IMG/VR virus record: IMGVR_UViG_3300045526_000169
Span: 1 to 40,644 of that record
Source of the DNA: a virus
Taxonomy: Duplodnaviria; Caudoviricetes
Length of the DNA: 40,644 nt
Reading direction: 5' to 3' (one strand)
The notes below the pieces were generated by a model, which saw only the letters and a list, made by a program, of their open reading frames with translations, did no database searches and was not told where the DNA came from. Positions 1 to 8,670 of this stretch are shown here, piece after piece. A program made the position numbers and the translations under genes. The stretch's first letter is position 1, and each line of letters begins with the position of its first letter.

Positions 1-18
1 TTTGCCTTTTAGTAATAA

Positions 19-216
19 TTACAATTGAAACCCCTGTGTATATATCTCATCTCTACTATCGTTTAGTATTTTCTTCTCGACTATAGAAACAATATTTTGT
101 GAAATCTTTTTCTTTAGTGCTTTTTTCTTTTTTCTTGGTAGAACTGGAATTGATACTACCTCTGGAATTATTGCACTGATTATATCTAAATCTATATTTA
201 CTTTTATCTTTGCCAT
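19..216 (-). CDS. hypothetical protein with a basic patch
   Basis: 65-aa ORF starting 2 bp after the stop of 219..425; RKKKKALKKK stretch. Confidence 0.45.
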   Translation of the reverse strand: MAKIKVNIDLDIISAIIPEVVSIPVLPRKKKKALKKKISQNIVSIVEKKILNDSRDEIYTQGFQL

Positions 217-218
217 AA

Positions 219-425
219 TTATGGTTCTAAAAAAGTTAAAAAATTTATTATTTTATTGTCATTGTAAAAACAATCATTATTTGTTGCAGTGACTTGTTCG
301 TATAAATTGGCATCAATTTCATTTAATGCAATCATATAAGATTGTCCCATTCTAAGACCACTATGCATCATATCAACTGCAATTCTAATTAATTCTACCC
401 ATTGGGTATCTGTCAATTTGCTCAT
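219..425 (-). CDS. hypothetical phage protein
   Basis: 68-aa ORF in a co-oriented run. Confidence 0.6.
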   Translation of the reverse strand: MSKLTDTQWVELIRIAVDMMHSGLRMGQSYMIALNEIDANLYEQVTATNNDCFYNDNKIINFLTFLEP

Positions 426-449
426 ATCAAAAAGTTTTTAAGTGTTTTT

Positions 450-473
450 AAAAAAGGGGAGGTTGCCCTCCCC
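450..473 (-). terminator. intrinsic terminator
   Basis: Minus strand GGGGAGG-GCAA-CCTCCCC then a T-run, just after the stop of 480..1589. Confidence 0.85.
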
Positions 474-479
474 GTGTTC

Positions 480-1589
480 TTAAAATGGACTTGGAACTAA
501 GTTACTCAAGTCAGGTGTTCCTACAAACATCTTTCCTGCAAATCTCTGAATGTTTCCAGAATCAATACTACCATATCCGTAGTTGTGACTTGCGAAGTCT
601 GTTAACCCGTTAATTACGTCCCAGTACTTAACATCACTCACTGCATTCTTTCTTTGTTCTTTGTTTAGAGTATCAAGGTCTATGCCTTTTCTTTGGTATG
701 CTCTAAAAGTACTCTCTGTTGGAACAAAGTGTTCTACCGGCAAATAGTTCGGGTTATTAGCACCTTCAAATGCTGCCTCTGTAGTGTTTGCATTTGCTCT
801 AATAATATTACTTGCAGTAAGTAACTCATTAACAGAAGCAGTTGCACTCATTACGTTCTTCAATCTCTCATCGAATCCATAAGGCAAGAAATTATCTTTC
901 TTTAGATTCGTAATAGTTCGATAGAAAGTTTCCCAAGATTCTTGGGTGTTACATAAGTGATGTGCTTGGGTAAAACCTAACCCAATCATACCATTAGTAC
1001 AAATCAATCTTTTGTTGAATGGAAGTAATCTAGTTCCTGAGATAGGACTGTTATCAAAACTCAAACCGAATTTGAAGGTCTCGTTGTTTTCAGCACCCCT
1101 CAATCCCCATTGAGATTTGTCTCCCAAAGTAGTAATTTCAAATCCTCCGTTTGGTTTTACCAACATTGAATCAATTACTAAATTGGAATCATTAAGAACT
1201 TTCTCAACTTCGTCAAGATAGACCTCGTTAGAAATCATACTCTCCTCTGCTTTGGCAAAGTTCAAGACCTTTCTCTTGTTCATGTCAATAATCATGACAA
1301 TAGAACTCTTTGAGTCTGCAAGTACTCTAGTCAACATTGAAACCAACTTATCTGCAAAGTCAGCACCATATTGTCTGATAATTGCTTCTCGTTTTTTGGC
1401 ACTGATACCAGTTTGTCTTAAAAGGGATTTGAACCCATCATCAGATAAAGCGAATGTTAAACCCGCATACTCGATTGCGCAATCTGAGATTACTTTAATC
1501 TCATTAAGATTGACTTTCTTTCTACCAATTCTTTTTGATAGAACTTCTGTTTTGAAAGTTTCAAAACTTGTTTTTGTTTGTGTCTCCAT
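480..1589 (-). CDS. DUF932-like phage/plasmid protein
   Basis: RLICTNGM motif preceded by beta-rich FGLSFDNS; has its own host-type promoter and terminator. Confidence 0.55.
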   Translation of the reverse strand: METQTKTSFETFKTEVLSKRIGRKKVNLNEIKVISDCAIEYAGLTFALSDDGFKSLLRQTGISAKKREAIIRQYGADFADKLVSMLTRVLADSKSSIVMIIDMNKRKVLNFAKAEESMISNEVYLDEVEKVLNDSNLVIDSMLVKPNGGFEITTLGDKSQWGLRGAENNETFKFGLSFDNSPISGTRLLPFNKRLICTNGMIGLGFTQAHHLCNTQESWETFYRTITNLKKDNFLPYGFDERLKNVMSATASVNELLTASNIIRANANTTEAAFEGANNPNYLPVEHFVPTESTFRAYQRKGIDLDTLNKEQRKNAVSDVKYWDVINGLTDFASHNYGYGSIDSGNIQRFAGKMFVGTPDLSNLVPSPF

Positions 1590-1634
1590 AAATTTTCCTT
1601 TTTTTAATGGTTATGAATAATTATTGTTACTTAG

Positions 1635-1666
1635 CTAATATAAACAATTTATAACTTAAAAACAAA
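1635..1666 (-). promoter_or_regulatory. Bacteroidota sigmaA-type early promoter
   Basis: TTTG (1663-1666), 20 nt, TATATTAG (1635-1642); one mismatch to TAnnTTTG. Confidence 0.7.
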
Positions 1667-1693
1667 CTTTTGATAAAATATTTTCAAAAAAAT

Positions 1694-2305
1694 TTAAAGT
1701 TTTGGAATCCAGTGTTGTTTTATCAACTTGGCATCCATTTTAATATTAGGATTTTCTTTTGCAATTTCTTTTGCGAAATCAATATTTTCTTGGGAATCAT
1801 CAAAGAATCTAAAATCATTGAAACCTAAATTAATTAGTTCTTGGAATGCTTGTTTCTTCTTTTCTGGAACTGAACCAGTAAATCCATGTTTAGGGTCGTT
1901 TATAGCAAATATAAAATCTTTGTTGATATTAACCCCATGATATAATAAAAAATCTTTTATAAGTTGTTGGTCACCTCTTGCTGTAATAATACCAACTGCT
2001 TTTCTTTTTGCTAAAGTTTTCTTTAAAATATCAAATACCCAATTTATTATTTTACCTGCCTTTAATATATCCAAAGATGCAAAATCGCTATAATCAGTTC
2101 TATGACTTGCTTTTTTCTGATAGTGATTAAATTCTTGTGGTGTTAGTTCAAAGTATTCACCTGTTTCGGTATCGTGTACTTTTATTTTAGCGGCCGATAA
2201 AATCAGAGTATCATCGACATCGAAAACATTAATCTCATTTCTCTTCTTAGGGTCTAAGAAGTGGTAATCTTTTGCTTCTTTTAAAAACTCTCTATAATCT
2301 TTCAT
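1694..2305 (-). CDS. HAD-superfamily phosphatase (Pnkp phosphatase-like), possible internal head protein
   Basis: Motif I FDVDDTL, motif II IITARG, motif IV FFDDSQEN; N-terminus MKDYREFLKE. Confidence 0.75.
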   Translation of the reverse strand: MKDYREFLKEAKDYHFLDPKKRNEINVFDVDDTLILSAAKIKVHDTETGEYFELTPQEFNHYQKKASHRTDYSDFASLDILKAGKIINWVFDILKKTLAKRKAVGIITARGDQQLIKDFLLYHGVNINKDFIFAINDPKHGFTGSVPEKKKQAFQELINLGFNDFRFFDDSQENIDFAKEIAKENPNIKMDAKLIKQHWIPKL

Positions 2306-2320
2306 ATTACTTTGCTAGAA

Positions 2321-2845
2321 CTATCCAATTTTTTCTGCGTTTTTGAAAATATAATCTAAATTGTCTTCTATAAACATTTCTAAATCTTCAACTGTATTTT
2401 CATCTGGTTCTTCTACAAATTCTAAATAATCAACATACGCAGTTCTTTCAGAAGAACCTCTACCGAAACTACCATATCCTAAATAAATATCTGCTTCTAG
2501 TTCAGTTGGTTTATGGTAAAATGAATATATTTCCCCCTTAGAATTTCTTGATTTGTAAAATTCAAAATCTTTTAGATTGAATTTGCTCTTTGCTTCGTTT
2601 ATGGATTCCAAGAACATACTATATCCAGAAGTAGTTTTAAGTTTCTTGATAATATCTTCTAAATCTTTTTCATCACTTGCAAGTAATCCATTTGCAGTTT
2701 TTTCTGCATCTTCTTTCTTACTATACCCAACAATCATTTTATCTTTGTTTTCTCTATCTACTACTGAAAATTGGCCAAAGTTTTTTTTAACCCAAAATCT
2801 TGGTGCGTCAAACATTTCATTTAAAAATTCGTTTAATCCTTTCAT
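2321..2845 (-). CDS. hypothetical protein, possible internal head protein
   Basis: N-terminus MKGLNEFLNE, internal FLESINE; late-promoter motif upstream. Confidence 0.6.
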   Translation of the reverse strand: MKGLNEFLNEMFDAPRFWVKKNFGQFSVVDRENKDKMIVGYSKKEDAEKTANGLLASDEKDLEDIIKKLKTTSGYSMFLESINEAKSKFNLKDFEFYKSRNSKGEIYSFYHKPTELEADIYLGYGSFGRGSSERTAYVDYLEFVEEPDENTVEDLEMFIEDNLDYIFKNAEKIG

Positions 2846-2864
2846 TATATATCTATTGTTTTAG

Positions 2865-2873
2865 TATTTAATC
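2865..2873 (-). promoter_or_regulatory. putative phage late promoter GATTAAATA
   Basis: Same motif precedes the tail genes; resembles T4 TATAAATA. Confidence 0.6.
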
Positions 2874-2880
2874 TCACTAA

Positions 2881-2911
2881 CAAATATACTAATAATTTGT
2901 TATTAAAACAA
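2881..2911 (-). promoter_or_regulatory. Bacteroidota sigmaA-type promoter
   Basis: TTG (2909-2911), 20 nt, TATATTTG (2881-2888, perfect -7 element). Confidence 0.65.
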
Positions 2912-4264
2912 CTTTTTCAACTTTTTCTTGAACATATTTCTATATATCTCATTGTACATCTTAACTGGATTGCCATAAAGGTCCTCAATATACTCTGGAA
3001 TCTTGGCACTCCCTTGAAAAGTTTCTTTGGTGCGTTTAATAATGTACTCGGGAACGATTCCCTCTGATACTTCTTTCAATATCTTTTTACCAACTGGATT
3101 TTCTTCTCTAGTTGCATTGATACCAAACTCTACAATATCTTTATCAATAAAAGGTAGTCTACATTCTATATGGTATTTCATAAACACCATGTTTGCTCGT
3201 CTAAAGTTTCCACGTGCCATCTTATCAACTTGTTCTTTCTTCTTCTCTCTCCACTCTTCATAAGTCTTGCACTTGGATGCCTGAATTGCAAAGTTCCCAT
3301 ATCCACCAAAAATCTCATCTGCTCCCTCTCCAGACAATACAACCTTAAATCCATCTTCTGAAATCTTCTTTGCTAATGGAAGATTCAATAAAGAGATTTC
3401 AATTTGTGCTTTCATATTACTTTCAATACTCTTAACAGTATCTTCAATATCTTTCATTGTTGGTTTATCTATAAAGACGGGTCTCAACTCAACACCAAAA
3501 TCTTTACAAACCTTTTGTGCATTCTTGTAGTCATTTGATTCTTTATCGAATACAGCAGTATATGCAACAATATCTGGATTGTACTTCTTAGCAATACCAA
3601 GAATCAAACTGGAATCAAGACCTCCACTAATCAAACAACAAAGTGGTACATCTGATACTAATCTTTTTCTAACTGCATTGTCGATTACTTCTAAACTAAA
3701 TTGTTTATAGTCAGGTGTTACATAGTCGTAGTATTGTACGAACTCGTTGGTATTGAAATTATAGTAGTTTGCTTTAGGGAACTCTGCCATTTGTTTTTGG
3801 AATCCCTTTTGTTCTGAACTCCAAAGAAAACCTTGTCCTGACTTTTCATAGAACAATGGAATCTTTCCATATCTATCTCTTACAAGTACTCTATTATTTC
3901 CACCATCTGCATAGAAGAAACAAAACATACCATCAATAACTTCTAAAGTCTTTTCTACTCCATAAGTAAAAAGCATTTGCGAAAGAACCTCAGTATCTGA
4001 ATTAGTACGAAATTCATATTCACTTAAATATTCTTCTCTTAACTCTTTGTAGTTATAGATTTCTCCATTAAAAGCAAGAATAGTATCCTCGAACTCAAAT
4101 GGTTGGTTCGCAGCAGATACTGGGTCTATAATAGATAGTCTGGTATGACCAACTTGAAAGTCACCCCACTCGACAACCTTTTGGCAATCTGGTCCACGAT
4201 GTTTTAATCTATCAATTACAATAGGTTCATCTTCGTATTTATATTTTCCTAGTAGGCCACACAT
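2903..4264 (-). CDS. asnB: AsnB-family glutamine-hydrolysing amidotransferase, candidate DNA-base amidating enzyme
   Basis: MCG N-terminal nucleophile, HRGPD, GHTRLSIID, QPF, FNGEIYNY, SDTEV, RDRYGKIPLFY, PP-loop SGGLDSS, VLSGEGADEIFGGY, RLPFID. Confidence 0.9.
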   Translation of the reverse strand: MCGLLGKYKYEDEPIVIDRLKHRGPDCQKVVEWGDFQVGHTRLSIIDPVSAANQPFEFEDTILAFNGEIYNYKELREEYLSEYEFRTNSDTEVLSQMLFTYGVEKTLEVIDGMFCFFYADGGNNRVLVRDRYGKIPLFYEKSGQGFLWSSEQKGFQKQMAEFPKANYYNFNTNEFVQYYDYVTPDYKQFSLEVIDNAVRKRLVSDVPLCCLISGGLDSSLILGIAKKYNPDIVAYTAVFDKESNDYKNAQKVCKDFGVELRPVFIDKPTMKDIEDTVKSIESNMKAQIEISLLNLPLAKKISEDGFKVVLSGEGADEIFGGYGNFAIQASKCKTYEEWREKKKEQVDKMARGNFRRANMVFMKYHIECRLPFIDKDIVEFGINATREENPVGKKILKEVSEGIVPEYIIKRTKETFQGSAKIPEYIEDLYGNPVKMYNEIYRNMFKKKLKKLF

Positions 4265-4265
4265 A

Positions 4266-5132
4266 TTATAAGTCTTTTAAAATTAACTTGTTTATTTTTT
4301 TAGTACCAATTCCCAATTTTCGTTTTGCATCTTCTTTAGATTCGTATTGAACTCCATTGATAGTAATTCTGAAATCTCTCCACTTTTCACCTGCAATCAA
4401 TCTCTTCAATTTTTTATCTCCTATTCCAAAATATTCTTTGGCATGCTTCTTACTATTAAACTCAATTCCGTTGATAGTTATTTTAGTATTGTCATAATTA
4501 GGCATCTTGTTCTTTATCTTAGTCCCTGCTGATACGCCAACTAAATCAGGTCTTCTATCAAATTCTTCTTTGGTAACTTGGAATGTATTTCCATCTCGGT
4601 CTTTACATGAAACTAATCCAATTGTATTACCAACTAAATCGGGTCTCCTATCAAATTCTTCTTTGGTAACTTGTAAGATATTTCCATCTTGGTCTTTGCA
4701 TGTAACTTTTCCACTTCCAATAAAAACTAATTCACCTGATATATATCTTGCGTCATTAACAGAAACAGATAATATATTATCTTGTCTATCTTTTACAGTA
4801 ACTATTCCTTTTCCATAATCATGTCCATAATCAAATCCACATGCAGCGTTTTTCTGATTATAACACTTCTTGATATTCTTAATATCATAGATTACTAAAA
4901 ATCTTCGCTCAAATTCATAAGCATCTTTTCGTGTCTTGAAGTATCTTAGTCTTTCATGTTTGAAGTTCTCGGGTCCATATTTCTTAATTGCATGTCTTAG
5001 TGCAACACCACTTCCCATATAGTTCTTTCGGATACCACTTCCGTAATAGAATCTACCATTAATAAGATTGGTTGTTTTATAAAAGTAATAGGGCGTTTCA
5101 GGACTGTAATCCTTTGAGATTAAATATTTCAT
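4266..5132 (-). CDS. free-standing GIY-YIG (Seg-like) homing endonuclease 1
   Basis: YFYKTTNLINGRFYYGS, YMGSG, KYGPENF, AYEFE, YNQK; C-terminal repeats and ITINGxxF/Y helix-turn-helix-like modules. Confidence 0.85.
   Translation of the reverse strand: MKYLISKDYSPETPYYFYKTTNLINGRFYYGSGIRKNYMGSGVALRHAIKKYGPENFKHERLRYFKTRKDAYEFERRFLVIYDIKNIKKCYNQKNAACGFDYGHDYGKGIVTVKDRQDNILSVSVNDARYISGELVFIGSGKVTCKDQDGNILQVTKEEFDRRPDLVGNTIGLVSCKDRDGNTFQVTKEEFDRRPDLVGVSAGTKIKNKMPNYDNTKITINGIEFNSKKHAKEYFGIGDKKLKRLIAGEKWRDFRITINGVQYESKEDAKRKLGIGTKKINKLILKDL
4537..4706 (-). repeat. 93-bp (31-aa) intragenic tandem repeat
   Basis: VTCKDQDGNILQVTKEEFDRRPDLVG and VSCKDRDGNTFQVTKEEFDRRPDLVG, plus a degenerate third copy upstream. 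Confidence 0.85.
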
Positions 5133-5205
5133 AATAAGTAATTATTTTTAGAAAGGGTGGAGGAACGCCAATTCCTATGATACCCTTTCTTTATTTAATC
5201 TCAAA
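5113..5205 (-). promoter_or_regulatory. homing endonuclease leader element, copy 1
   Basis: GATTAAATA at 5192-5200; outer stem 5150-5158/5182-5190; inner stem 5161-5165/5172-5176; 14-bp inverted repeat 5113-5126 vs 5192-5205. Confidence 0.75.
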
Positions 5206-5210
5206 AAACT

Positions 5211-6305
5211 TTACAAGTCTTTCAATATAGTATTGTAGATATTCTCTGCAACTGCTTTGAGCATGAGTGGAGGTACAGACCTCCCAAGCCTCTCCCAACG
5301 GCGAGAGTTTGATACGCTCTCATCCCCAAGATAATAGTCATATGGAAACGAACTCAATCTCTTAACTTCTTCTAATGTCAATGTTCTTGGTTCATTCCAA
5401 TGGTACAAACTTGGTGTTGCTATAATAGTAGGACAAATTCTATCTTTGTCTAATCTTATTCTAGTTATACCTGTAGTATGTATTTTCAATCTTTGGCCCA
5501 TATCGTAGAAAGATTCATTTGGTAATGTTTTGTGCCAATACTCTTCATATGTTTCTCCCATGCTACAAGTATTTCCACTATATGGAATATCTGCAATTGT
5601 TTCTTCTATTGTTTCTTTGCACTCGTTAATTGGTGGGTAACTAATTCTTTTATCAATATCTTTTCTAACACCAATAAAAATAGTTCTTGCTCTGGATTGT
5701 GGAACTCCATAATCTTTTGAATTGATTACTTTGAATCTAACATTGTAACCACAATCAACTAATGTATGGTATATAGTATTTTGCCAATATCCAAATAAAT
5801 CAACTTCTTCTGAACCCAATAGGTCTGCTGCAGCACCAATAGTCAATCCCTTAACGTTCTCTGCTACAAATACTTTAGGTTGTAATTCTTTCAATATTCT
5901 ACTGAACTCGAAAAACAAGTCATCTGTTCTTTGTTCTAAGTCACTGTACTTCTTAACCCTTCCCCATCCCTTTTCTCTTAATCCAGCAGTACTAAAACTT
6001 GCACAAGGTGGACTACCATCTAAAATATCGAGTTCGCCTCGTTTAAGTCCTATTTGCTTTAATATTGCTTCTCCTGTTAATTCTCTTATATCTTGGGGAA
6101 AGATATGTGTATCTGGATAGTTAGTACCATAGACATGTTGTGCTAATGGTACGAACTCGTTTATTGCAAGTACCTTTCCACCTGCTAATCTGTAACCAGT
6201 AGAAGAACCACCTCCACCTGCGAACAAGGAAACAACATTGAATAGATTTTTACTACTCTGTTTCTTTACATAGTCTAAATCGAATATATATGGTTTATTG
6301 CTCAT
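5211..6305 (-). CDS. C5-cytosine DNA methyltransferase homologue 4, candidate carboxymethyltransferase
   Basis: FAGGGG, GSPPC, ENV, QSRAR; motif X ERLGRSVPP. Confidence 0.92.
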   Translation of the reverse strand: MSNKPYIFDLDYVKKQSSKNLFNVVSLFAGGGGSSTGYRLAGGKVLAINEFVPLAQHVYGTNYPDTHIFPQDIRELTGEAILKQIGLKRGELDILDGSPPCASFSTAGLREKGWGRVKKYSDLEQRTDDLFFEFSRILKELQPKVFVAENVKGLTIGAAADLLGSEEVDLFGYWQNTIYHTLVDCGYNVRFKVINSKDYGVPQSRARTIFIGVRKDIDKRISYPPINECKETIEETIADIPYSGNTCSMGETYEEYWHKTLPNESFYDMGQRLKIHTTGITRIRLDKDRICPTIIATPSLYHWNEPRTLTLEEVKRLSSFPYDYYLGDESVSNSRRWERLGRSVPPLMLKAVAENIYNTILKDL

Positions 6306-7406
6306 TATATGGTTTTAATATTGTATTATATATATGTTCTGCAACTGCTTTAAGAAGTAATGGTGGAACTGCTCTACCAAGTCTTTCCCATTGTTTATTA
6401 AGTCTTTCTCCTAAAAAATAATCATCAGGAAAACTAGATGCTCTAATACATTCTTCAATAGTAAGTGTTCTTGGTTCATTCCAATGATATGCAAATGCTC
6501 GTGTCATAATAGTAGCACAAGGTTTGTCTTTATCTAATCTAGTTTTTACCATTCCGGACATTTTCTTACCTATTCTTTCTCCCATATGCATAAAGGTTTC
6601 ACCTGGTTTGCATAACCCCCATTTGTATTTATCCAAATCTGCCATTGGTAAAGTATTTCCACTAAATTCTAAATCTTTAGTAGCTTCAGAAATAGAATAA
6701 ATATTTTTATTACCTTCGGGATATTGTATTTTAATATCTATATCATTTCGTACTCCTATAAAAATAGTTCTTGCTCTGGATTGTGGAACTCTATAATATT
6801 TTGCATCTAATACTTTAAAACGAACTTTATATCCAGCAGATACTAAACTATGGTAAATTGTATTTTTCCAATATCCAAATAAATCAACTTCTTCTGAACC
6901 CAGTAGGTCTGCCGCTGTACCAATAGTCAATCCTCTAACATTTTCTGCAACAAATACTTTAGGTTGTACTTCTTCTAATATTCTTACAAATTCAAAGAAC
7001 AAGTCATCTGTTCGTTGTTCTAAGTCACTATATTTTTTAACTCTCCCCCAACCTTTTTCCCTAAGTCCTGCTGTACTAAAACTTGCACAAGGTGGACTAC
7101 CATCTAAAATATCCAATTCACCCCTTTTAAGTCCTATTTGCTTTAATATTGCTTCTCCTGTTAATTCTCTTATATCTTGCGGAAAGATATATGTATCTGG
7201 ATAGTTTTTAGCATATACATCTTGTGCAGCAGGTACGAATTCGTTTATTGCAAGTACCTTTCCACCTGCTAATCTATATCCAGTAGAAGAACCACCTCCA
7301 CCTGCGAACAAGGAAACAACCGTAAACAAATTCTTTGCAGATTGTTCTTTTACATAATTTAAATCATAGATAAATGGTTTATTGCTCATTATATGGTTTT
7401 AATATT
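6290..7406. repeat. 33-bp perfect direct repeat at two methyltransferase gene junctions
   Basis: ATGGTTTATTGCTCATTATATGGTTTTAATATT at 6290-6322 and 7374-7406, encoding the overlapping ILKPYNEQ* and MSNKP. Confidence 0.85.
6295..7389 (-). CDS. C5-cytosine DNA methyltransferase homologue 3, candidate carboxymethyltransferase
   Basis: FAGGGG, GSPPC, ENV, QSRAR; motif X ERLGRAVPP. Confidence 0.92.
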   Translation of the reverse strand: MSNKPFIYDLNYVKEQSAKNLFTVVSLFAGGGGSSTGYRLAGGKVLAINEFVPAAQDVYAKNYPDTYIFPQDIRELTGEAILKQIGLKRGELDILDGSPPCASFSTAGLREKGWGRVKKYSDLEQRTDDLFFEFVRILEEVQPKVFVAENVRGLTIGTAADLLGSEEVDLFGYWKNTIYHSLVSAGYKVRFKVLDAKYYRVPQSRARTIFIGVRNDIDIKIQYPEGNKNIYSISEATKDLEFSGNTLPMADLDKYKWGLCKPGETFMHMGERIGKKMSGMVKTRLDKDKPCATIMTRAFAYHWNEPRTLTIEECIRASSFPDDYFLGERLNKQWERLGRAVPPLLLKAVAEHIYNTILKPYNEQ

Positions 7407-8632
7407 TTATAGTAAATATTTCGTGCTACTGCTTTAAGAAGTAATGGTGGTACACTTCTTCCAAGTCTTTCAAGTTGTTGGTTGTAACTTCCATCTAAAT
7501 AATAATCACTTGGAAAACTACAAATCTTCTTGAACTCTGGAATAGTCATCTTACACAATTTCTTATAATCTTCGTGTTCTTTATACTCAACTCCACTAAA
7601 GTCTTTCTTTGCTAAATATCCCTCTTTGTGTAAATCAGGTACCTCATGCATTGGCAAATCATCATAAGTATAAAAACTCTCTCTATCTTTCTCTGGAATC
7701 ATTTCTAAAGTCATACCTTTTCTAAAAATTCTATAGTCTGCTTTCGGACCTATGCCACCAGTTGTTACGGTATAGCAAACATCTTTCGGCAATCTCATTC
7801 TATTGAACTCTTCACTAAATCCTTTCTTACAACTAATAAATTCCATATCAGGTAGTACATCTTTTAAAGTAACCTTTGTATCAAATTCTTTTGGAAAACT
7901 TGGCATACCTTTAATATCTTTTCTAACTCCAATTATAATCAATCTGGTTCTTGTTTGTGGTACTCCATAGTCCTCTGCATTGATTAACTTGTATTTTACT
8001 TTATATCCAAGACTTCTAAAGATATACATAATAGTATCTTCTCTATTGTCATTAGGGTCATTAGAACCAAGTAGTTGTAAATTTGGTTCTACTGCTAGAC
8101 CTCTTACATTCTCAGCAACAAAAACCTTTGGTTGCAACTCATCAAGTATTCTAATGAACTCAAAGAATAAATCATCAGTTCTTTGTTCAATACCCTCTGA
8201 ATAGTGTCTTGCCTTACTTCTCTCTTCTTTGTTCTTTGCAAATTGGTACTTACCGTTGATTGTACTAAAACTTGCACAAGGTGGACTACCATCTAAAATA
8301 TCAAGTTCACCTCTCTTTAGTCCTAGTTGGTCTAAAATCATTTGACCAGTTAATTCTCTTATATCTTGTGGAAAGATATGAGTATCTGGATAGTTCTTAC
8401 TATAAGTATTCCTTGCAGACTCTACGAACTCATTGATTGCTAGTACTTTACCTCCTGCTAATCTATAACCAGTGGAGGACCCTCCTCCACCGGCAAACAT
8501 TGAAACTACATTGAATAGTTCTTTGGAACTTTGTTTTCTTAGAAATTCCATATCATAGAAATATGGAAACTTTAATTCATCTTCTGGGATATCTTTATAC
8601 CATGTATCTTTCAATAAACTTCTCGCCATCAA
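7379..8632 (-). CDS. C5-cytosine DNA methyltransferase homologue 2, the most divergent paralogue
   Basis: FAGGGG, GSPPC, ENV, QTRTR; motif X ERLGRSVPP; N-terminal extension and longer variable region. Confidence 0.92.
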   Translation of the reverse strand: MMARSLLKDTWYKDIPEDELKFPYFYDMEFLRKQSSKELFNVVSMFAGGGGSSTGYRLAGGKVLAINEFVESARNTYSKNYPDTHIFPQDIRELTGQMILDQLGLKRGELDILDGSPPCASFSTINGKYQFAKNKEERSKARHYSEGIEQRTDDLFFEFIRILDELQPKVFVAENVRGLAVEPNLQLLGSNDPNDNREDTIMYIFRSLGYKVKYKLINAEDYGVPQTRTRLIIIGVRKDIKGMPSFPKEFDTKVTLKDVLPDMEFISCKKGFSEEFNRMRLPKDVCYTVTTGGIGPKADYRIFRKGMTLEMIPEKDRESFYTYDDLPMHEVPDLHKEGYLAKKDFSGVEYKEHEDYKKLCKMTIPEFKKICSFPSDYYLDGSYNQQLERLGRSVPPLLLKAVARNIYYKILKPYNEQ

Positions 8633-8670
8633 TTATTAATCTTTATTATTAAACACGAGAAAACTCTATT

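Noticed and set aside
5100-5113. AGGA-TTACAG-TCCT mini-hairpin in the KDYSP codons resembling the leader inner hairpin
   Set aside because: Present in endonucleases 1 and 2, degenerate in 3 and absent in 4; too short to support.
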